Shown here: one piece after another, positions 8,176 to 16,130 of the stretch | Layout of the letters: each line of letters starts with the position of its first letter | Numbering within the stretch: position 1 is the stretch's first letter | Assembly (NCBI GenBank): GCA_027053075.1 | Contig: JALUEE010000039.1 | Coordinates: 1 to 16,130 of the forward strand | DNA from: a candidate division WOR-3 bacterium | Lineage (GTDB): Bacteria; Hydrothermota; Hydrothermia; B15-G9; WFZT01 | Direction of reading: 5' to 3' | Length of the DNA: 16,130 nucleotides | Notes under the pieces: generated by a model | Told to the model about the DNA's origin: nothing | The model's input: only the letters and a program-made list of their open reading frames with translations | Databases searched by the model: none | Program-made: the position numbers and the translations under genes

Positions 8176-8640
8176 ATGTTCCTCGCGAGCGCGTGTCTCG
8201 TGGGTCTGTGCACCCGTTATGATGGCAATACAAATACAGACCCTGAAGTTTTGAGACTTTTTAAAGAGGGGAAGGTAATTCCGGTGTGTCCTGAGCAGCT
8301 CGGTGGTCTCCCCACACCGAGGGAACCTGTTGAATTTGACGGGGGAGACGCTCGAAAGGTCTATAAAGGCGAGGCAAGACTTGTTGGAGTGGAGTCAGGC
8401 GTTGACCGAACAGAAAATTTCAAAAGAGGGGCAGAGGAAGTTTTGAAAATAGCAAAAATGCTCGAGGTCGAGGGAGTTTATTTGATGGACAGAAGTCCCT
8501 CATGTGGGGTAAACTCAGTTTATGTCAACGGAAAACTTGTTCATGGAATGGGAATGACTGCATTCATGCTTGCAAAGGCAGGCTTTAAACTCATTCCACG
8601 TTCACCGGAGGGAGAGATTTGCCAAGAGAGAAATTCATAA
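8176..8640 (+). CDS. DUF523 family protein, TudS-like thiouracil desulfidase ([4Fe-4S])
   Basis: SACLVG..RYDG, PVCPEQLGGLPTPRE and SPSCG motifs, with the three conserved Cys residues. Confidence 0.92.
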   Translation: MFLASACLVGLCTRYDGNTNTDPEVLRLFKEGKVIPVCPEQLGGLPTPREPVEFDGGDARKVYKGEARLVGVESGVDRTENFKRGAEEVLKIAKMLEVEGVYLMDRSPSCGVNSVYVNGKLVHGMGMTAFMLAKAGFKLIPRSPEGEICQERNS

Positions 8641-9194
8641 TAGATACAAGTGTTTTCACAAATCCTGACACGAGGACAGTTTTTGGAGAAACCACACAGG
8701 AGGCCTTCTTAAACTTTATCGAGCTTGCACGAAATGCCCGCAAGCATATTGATTTTTACATGCCCCCATCCGTTTACGAGGAACTTCTGCACTTTGTTGA
8801 GGAAAACGAGCTTCCTGGCGATGCAGAGCTTGTTATTTATATCAAGCCTCCCAAACGATTTGAAATAATGGTTCCTGGATTTTTGCTCTATGAGTTGATT
8901 GAGGAGCTCAGGGCACGCATTGATAAGGGGCTTCGCGTGGCCGAGGAGGCTGTCCGCTCTCCCGAGGACAGCGCAAAGACCATTAATCGTCTTAGAAACA
9001 GGTACCGCAATGCGGTTCGGAGCGGTATCATTGACTCAAAAGAGGATGTGGACCTCATTCTCCTTGCTATGGAGCTCAATGGAGCTCTTGTTACAAGTGA
9101 CCATGGCATCACAAGATGGGCTGAACGACTGGGAGTTAGAACAGTCAATCCAAAGGCTTTAAAATCCATTGTTGACAAGTATGTGAAAAAATAG
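8619..9194 (+). CDS. HARP: RNA-free (protein-only) ribonuclease P, Aq_880 homolog, PIN-like domain
   Basis: [88 protein letters not shown]; Asp9/139/143/145/161 follow the HARP catalytic pattern; TTG start with an upstream GGAG. Confidence 0.92.
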   Translation: MPREKFIIDTSVFTNPDTRTVFGETTQEAFLNFIELARNARKHIDFYMPPSVYEELLHFVEENELPGDAELVIYIKPPKRFEIMVPGFLLYELIEELRARIDKGLRVAEEAVRSPEDSAKTINRLRNRYRNAVRSGIIDSKEDVDLILLAMELNGALVTSDHGITRWAERLGVRTVNPKALKSIVDKYVKK

Positions 9195-9205
9195 GAGGAA
9201 TTTTT

Positions 9206-10648
9206 ATGCCGGAGAAATTAATTATCGAGCTTTCAAAGAAAGGCAGGAAGGGCTATTCTCTCCCTAAATTGGATGTTGAGGAGAGAAATTTAGCCGACCT
9301 TATCCCGGAGAAACTCATCAGGAAAAGTGAGCCAAATCTGCCGGAAGTGACGGAAAACGAGGTTGTGAGGCACTTCGTTAGGCTTTCAAACATGAATTAC
9401 AACGTGGACAAGGGCTTTTATCCCCTTGGCTCGTGCACCATGAAATACAATCCCAAGATCAACGAAAAGCTTGCGAGACTCGAAGGATTTCTGAATATTC
9501 ATCCGCTGCAGCCTGCATCCACAGTTCAGGGCGCTCTGAAATTAATGAAGACACTTGAGAATCTTCTTGCTGAAATTGCGGGGTTTGATGCCATTTCCCT
9601 TCAGCCGGCTGCAGGGGCGCACGGTGAGCTTACAAGCATGATGATTGTCAGAAGATACCATGAGAAGCAGGGGAATCCCAGAAAATACGTGCTCATACCA
9701 GATTCGGCGCATGGAACAAATCCCGCTTCTGTAACCATTTCTGGTTACATTGCAAAGCAGATAAAGTCCAACGAGCGTGGAAGGGTTGACCTCGAGGACC
9801 TCAAAAAGAATCTGAATGAGGAAGTTGCTGCATTCATGGTCACAAACCCCAACACCCTGGGGCTTTTCGAGACGGATATAATTGAAATATCGAAGATGGT
9901 GCACGATGTGGGTGGTTTGATGTACATGGATGGTGCTAATCTGAATGCTCTCGTGGGCTATATCAGGCCCGGTGACATCGGATTTGACGTTATGCACTTC
10001 AATCTCCACAAGACATTTTCCACACCCCATGGTGGAGGTGGGCCTGGCTCAGGCCCTGTGGGAGTCAAAAAGTTCCTCGAGCCATTTCTGCCGGTGCCAA
10101 GGATTGTTGAAAAGGACGGCAAATACGAGCTTTCGTATGATTTTCCAGATTCCATTGGAAAGGTCCATTTCTTCTATGGGAATTTCAATGTTTTCATAAA
10201 GGCACTCACCTACATTTTGATGATGGGAGAAGAGGGACTGAAGAAGGTTGCAGAAAATGCTGTGATCAACGCAAATTACTTGAAATCCCTGCTGGAAGAA
10301 GAATATCAGTTGCCCTACAAGGGACACTGCATGCACGAGTTTGTTCTTTCCGGTAAATTCCTGCGCAAATATGGGAAGGTGAGGACCCTCGATGTAGCAA
10401 AGAGGTTGCTTGACTATGGATTTCATGCTCCGACGATTTACTTCCCGCTTATTGTTTCTGAGGCATTAATGATCGAGCCCACAGAGACCGAGAGCAAGGA
10501 AACCCTTGATGCATTTGCAGAGACCATGATCAAGATCAAGAAGGAGGCAATGGAAAATCCGGAGTTGCTCCATTCTGCGCCGCACAACACTCCTGTAAGA
10601 AGGTTAGATGAGGTGAAAGCGGCAAGAGAATTGAAGGTGAGGTGGTGA
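9206..10648 (+). CDS. gcvPB: Glycine dehydrogenase (decarboxylating) subunit 2
   Basis: [33 protein letters not shown]-lysine motif [26 protein letters not shown]. Confidence 0.98.
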   Translation: MPEKLIIELSKKGRKGYSLPKLDVEERNLADLIPEKLIRKSEPNLPEVTENEVVRHFVRLSNMNYNVDKGFYPLGSCTMKYNPKINEKLARLEGFLNIHPLQPASTVQGALKLMKTLENLLAEIAGFDAISLQPAAGAHGELTSMMIVRRYHEKQGNPRKYVLIPDSAHGTNPASVTISGYIAKQIKSNERGRVDLEDLKKNLNEEVAAFMVTNPNTLGLFETDIIEISKMVHDVGGLMYMDGANLNALVGYIRPGDIGFDVMHFNLHKTFSTPHGGGGPGSGPVGVKKFLEPFLPVPRIVEKDGKYELSYDFPDSIGKVHFFYGNFNVFIKALTYILMMGEEGLKKVAENAVINANYLKSLLEEEYQLPYKGHCMHEFVLSGKFLRKYGKVRTLDVAKRLLDYGFHAPTIYFPLIVSEALMIEPTETESKETLDAFAETMIKIKKEAMENPELLHSAPHNTPVRRLDEVKAARELKVRW

Positions 10649-10649
10649 G

Positions 10650-12928
<2,279 letters not shown>

Positions 12929-12932
<4 letters not shown>

Positions 12933-13957
12933 GAATCTCGGATTTCAGGAGTGATACCATAACGAAGCCCACTGAACGCATGCGGGAGGCCATGAGAAAT
13001 GCTGTGGTAGGGGATGATGTGCTCGGTGACGACCCTACGGTGAAAAGACTTGAAGAGATCGCTGCAAAAAAGGTTGGGAAGGAAGCAGCACTATTTGTCC
13101 CCTCAGGCACAATGGGGAACGCCATTGCGGTGAAGGTATGGACCAACGAAGGTGAAGAAGTTATTGTCGAAGAGAAGGCGCACATTTACAACTTTGAATC
13201 CGGACATCTTGCATTTATTTCAAGGGTCATACCGAGACCTCTACCATCAAAGAGAGGAGTCTATGACCTCGATCTATTGAGGAAAGCAGTAAACAAGCGG
13301 AAAGATTACCACGTGCCGCAACCTACCCTGATAACTCTTGAGAATACACATAATTTCTGGGGCGGGGCTGTGATTCCACTTGAGCATTTTAAAGAGGTAC
13401 GTAAAATCGCCGACGAGCGAGGTCTCAAAGTGCACCTTGACGGGGCAAGAATATTCAACGCTTCCATCGCCAGTGGGGTTCCAGCTCATGAATATGCTTC
13501 CTGCGTAGATTCCATAATGTTTTGCCTCAGTAAGGGGCTTGGAGCTCCCATTGGCTCAATGCTTGCAGGTCCACGCGAGTTCATTGATAAAGCAAGGCAT
13601 GTGAGAAAGATGCTTGGTGGGGGCATGAGGCAGGTGGGTGTGATTGCAGCAGCAGGAATAATTGCCCTTGAGGAAATGGTTGATAGGTTAAAAGAGGACC
13701 ACCGGCGGGCGAAAATCCTCGCTGAGGGCTTATCAAAATTACCCGGAATCGAAATTAATCCTGATGACGTAGAAACCAACATCCTGTTTTTCAAAGTAAG
13801 GGCAATGAGTGCCCCAGAGCTTGTTAACAAGCTAAGGGAGCACGGTGTTCTTGCGCTTGCCCTCTCCGATGAGGATGTGAGGATGGTTACGAGTAAAGAG
13901 GTGGATGACGAAGACATCCACCACGCCCTCGAGGTGTTTGAGAAAATACTGGGGTAA
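12929..13957 (+). CDS. ltaE: Low-specificity L-threonine aldolase
   Basis: DFRSDT, VGDDVLGDDPT, PSGTMGN, LENTHN, HLDGARIFNA, PLP-lysine FCLSKGLGAP, GGGMRQ. Confidence 0.97.
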
Positions 13958-13978
13958 CATTCTGATTAAAGTGCCTGG

Positions 13979-14007
13979 TTGACAGAGTAGGGGATGGGCA
14001 TAATTAT
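13979..14007 (+). promoter_or_regulatory. Putative promoter for DUF763 (likely leaderless mRNA)
   Basis: TTGACA-17-AATTAT, then 7 nt to the ATG at 14015. Confidence 0.45.
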
Positions 14008-14014
14008 AAACACG

Positions 14015-15082
14015 ATGAGAACTGGAGTTGCCAATCTACCCTTGCACGGAGGTAAAGCTCCCCGCTGGCTTTTCAACCGCATGAAGGTGCTGGCCGAGAA
14101 GATTCTGGAGCTAATTGCCATTGAGTTTGGACCCGAGGAAATTGTTAAACGCCTCTCCGATCCTTTCTGGTTTCAATCTCTCGGGAACGTTATGGGCTTT
14201 GACTGGCATTCGTCTGGTCTGACCACTACTACGACCGGTGCCATCAAGGAAGCTCTAAAAAAGATCGGGCCTGAAATCGGTGTTTTCATGGCCGGCGGCA
14301 AGGGCAGGACATCGAGGAAAACTCCTGACGAGTTACGTATTATTGGCGAAAAATTTGGAATAAATGCTGAACCTCTGATTTATGCGAGTCGGATGGCAGC
14401 AAAGGTTGATTCAACGGCCATCCAGGATGGCTATCAGATTTATCATCATACCATAATTTTCACCAGAACCGGTTTATGGGCTGTGGTGCAGCAGGGGATG
14501 AATGAGCGGACCCGTTATGCGAGACGATATCACTGGATCAAAACGGAAAATTTTGTTGATGCCCCGCACACGGCCATCGTTACTGAGAGAAAGTCAAAAT
14601 TTGTCATTGATACAGTGGCAAAAGATGCTGACCAGGCTCGAAAGGTCATAACTGAACTCTCGCGCGAAAATCCGGATAAGATCTTGAAGGAGATCAAAAA
14701 CCTGCGAGAGTTAAATTTACCGGCAAGACACCAGTTGCTCCTAAGGGATATTAATCCAGACAGGATTAAGAAAATCTTTATCTCTACCTATGAGAGGCAG
14801 CCTGAAAATTTTGAATCCCTCCTTGGAATCCGGGGACTTGGGCCAAAGAGCCTCAGGGCGCTCTCACTTCTATCGGATGTTATCTATGGGGCGCCACCAA
14901 GTTACACTGACCCGGCCATATATTCTTACGCGCATGGTGGAAAGGATGGTATACCCTATCCTGTTGATCGAAAGCTTTACGATAATTCCATAGAAATCCT
15001 TGAGAGAGCGATAAAAGAGTCAAATTTGGGCCGTGAAGAAAAACTCAAGGCACTACGACGCCTTGCAAGATTTACGAGATAG
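14015..15082 (+). CDS. DUF763 family protein
   Basis: LPLHGGKAPRWLF, LSDPFWFQSLG.VMGFDWHSSG, AKVDSTAIQDGYQIYHH, QQGMN, ARRYHW, HhH-like GIRGLGPKSLRAL, AHGGKDGIPYPVDR. ATG 14015 (MRTG) preferred over 13994. Confidence 0.9.
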   Translation: MRTGVANLPLHGGKAPRWLFNRMKVLAEKILELIAIEFGPEEIVKRLSDPFWFQSLGNVMGFDWHSSGLTTTTTGAIKEALKKIGPEIGVFMAGGKGRTSRKTPDELRIIGEKFGINAEPLIYASRMAAKVDSTAIQDGYQIYHHTIIFTRTGLWAVVQQGMNERTRYARRYHWIKTENFVDAPHTAIVTERKSKFVIDTVAKDADQARKVITELSRENPDKILKEIKNLRELNLPARHQLLLRDINPDRIKKIFISTYERQPENFESLLGIRGLGPKSLRALSLLSDVIYGAPPSYTDPAIYSYAHGGKDGIPYPVDRKLYDNSIEILERAIKESNLGREEKLKALRRLARFTR

Positions 15083-15218
15083 AGCGGTTCATTTGGGAAA
15101 GCGAACTCATTGGGAGAATGATAGCGACTTTAACCCCCGCCCTAAATTGGAGTGAGACAAACTGAGATTAACGATTTAATTTCCATCAATTCAGGAGTTT
15201 GACCTTATAATTTTCGAC

Positions 15219-15791
15219 ATGGATTACCGAAAAGAGATAGTCAAATACGCAAAGCTAATGTGTGAGAAAGGATATTCAGTGGCAACCGATGGGAACCTCA
15301 GTGTCCTGATGGATGACGGTAATATTTTGATAACTCCTTCCGGTTTTAGAAAAGGGGAGGTGACAGAGGATTCGCTTGTTGTCATATCAAGGAATGGTGA
15401 GAAGATTGAGGGAAAGTACGAGCCCTCAATGGAAAAATGGATGCACATTTTTATTTATGAGGTGAGAGAGGATGTAAGGGCAATTGTCCATGCGCATCCA
15501 CCCTATGCCACGGCGTTCTCATTACAGATGCCAAGGGAATACGAGCCTGTTCTTCCAGAGATTAAGATGTTTATTGGTAAATTTGGCTTTGTGGCTTTCA
15601 AAGAGCCGGGGACACTGGAGCTTGCCAATCTTGTTAAAGAAAAGGCCCCGAATTACAACGTTTTGATACTCCAGAAACATGGGATCGTGACCTACGGCAA
15701 ATCCCTCTTTGATGCCTTTAACAATTTAGAGAGGCTTGAATTTGAAATAAAAATCCGAGCCCTTAAGAACCTCTTTAAATTCCAGCACTAA
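15219..15791 (+). CDS. Class II aldolase/adducin family protein (FucA/MtnB-like; substrate not assignable)
   Basis: DGNLS, ITPSG, PSME..MH, metal-binding VHAHPPY and LQKHG. Confidence 0.92.
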   Translation: MDYRKEIVKYAKLMCEKGYSVATDGNLSVLMDDGNILITPSGFRKGEVTEDSLVVISRNGEKIEGKYEPSMEKWMHIFIYEVREDVRAIVHAHPPYATAFSLQMPREYEPVLPEIKMFIGKFGFVAFKEPGTLELANLVKEKAPNYNVLILQKHGIVTYGKSLFDAFNNLERLEFEIKIRALKNLFKFQH

Positions 15792-15953
15792 AATAACAGG
15801 GACTAACTATACAAACTATGTAGGGTTTGATAATGCAACCCCTCTTCAACGGCTGAATAAAAGTATTCGGAATAAATCTGGTCCTCATTAGAGTTCCAGA
15901 ATGACAGGAAAGTATAAGTTTTACCTATCATATGAGCTTGTTCGAAAATGTAG

Positions 15954-15996
15954 CCCCCTCCCATCCTCCCCCACGCACGTAGTGCGTGGGGGAGGA
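15954..15996 (+). repeat. REP-like palindromic element, copy 3 (intergenic)
   Basis: C-rich tail ccccctccca, then a perfect 15-bp stem tcctcccccacgcac-GTA-gtgcgtgggggagga (15964-15978/15982-15996); inner 11-bp arms identical to the guaA copy. Confidence 0.85.
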
Positions 15997-16130
15997 GACA
16001 GGTCTGACATCACCCATGTTTTTTAAGCAAATGAATATTTATACATCCTATATTCCATTATCCTCATCGCATTTACTAACCTCATGAATAACAAATGTGC
16101 TATCCTCCATGTGCTCACATATATGTGCCT

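Noticed and set aside
9542..10426. Antisense or alternate-frame ORFs within gcvPB (and similar ones within guaA, HARP, eno, ltaE and the aldolase)
   Set aside because: Shadow ORFs of well-supported genes, with no independent motifs.
15199..15213. TTGACNNTATAATTT shared with 7198-7212
   Set aside because: Only two instances, composed of generic promoter hexamers; cannot be distinguished from chance.
16023..16130. Possible 3' end of a minus-strand gene entering from the right edge (frames ending at 16048 or 16023)
   Set aside because: Two short open frames with no recognisable motif; cannot decide without flanking sequence.

Overview
Bacterial chromosomal window made up mostly of housekeeping genes. 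Minus strand: 5' end of a 3-hydroxyacyl/3-hydroxybutyryl-CoA dehydrogenase, guaA, and a cobalamin-riboswitch-controlled pair (BtuB-like TonB-dependent receptor plus a BtuG/YncE-like beta-propeller lipoprotein). Plus strand: a 2[4Fe-4S]-ferredoxin::FNR-type reductase fusion, a DUF151 nuclease, a long tightly coupled run (pyrR, yjbQ, DUF523/TudS, HARP protein-only RNase P, gcvPB, ccmC, eno, ftsB-like, ltaE), then DUF763 and a class II aldolase. Most notable observations: (1) a dispersed GC-rich palindromic element (C-rich tail plus hairpin, GNA loop in the intact copies), one copy of which sits in frame inside guaA and is translated as part of a ~30-aa loop; (2) a HARP RNase P gene overlapping tudS in a cluster with pyrR, yjbQ and a DUF151 nuclease, suggesting a tRNA-processing/thiouracil-salvage module; (3) a recurrent promoter architecture TTGA(C/T)N-N11-(G/T)GGCAW-WANNNT seen four times, two of them apparently driving leaderless mRNAs. 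All family assignments come from motif recognition by eye; no database search was run.
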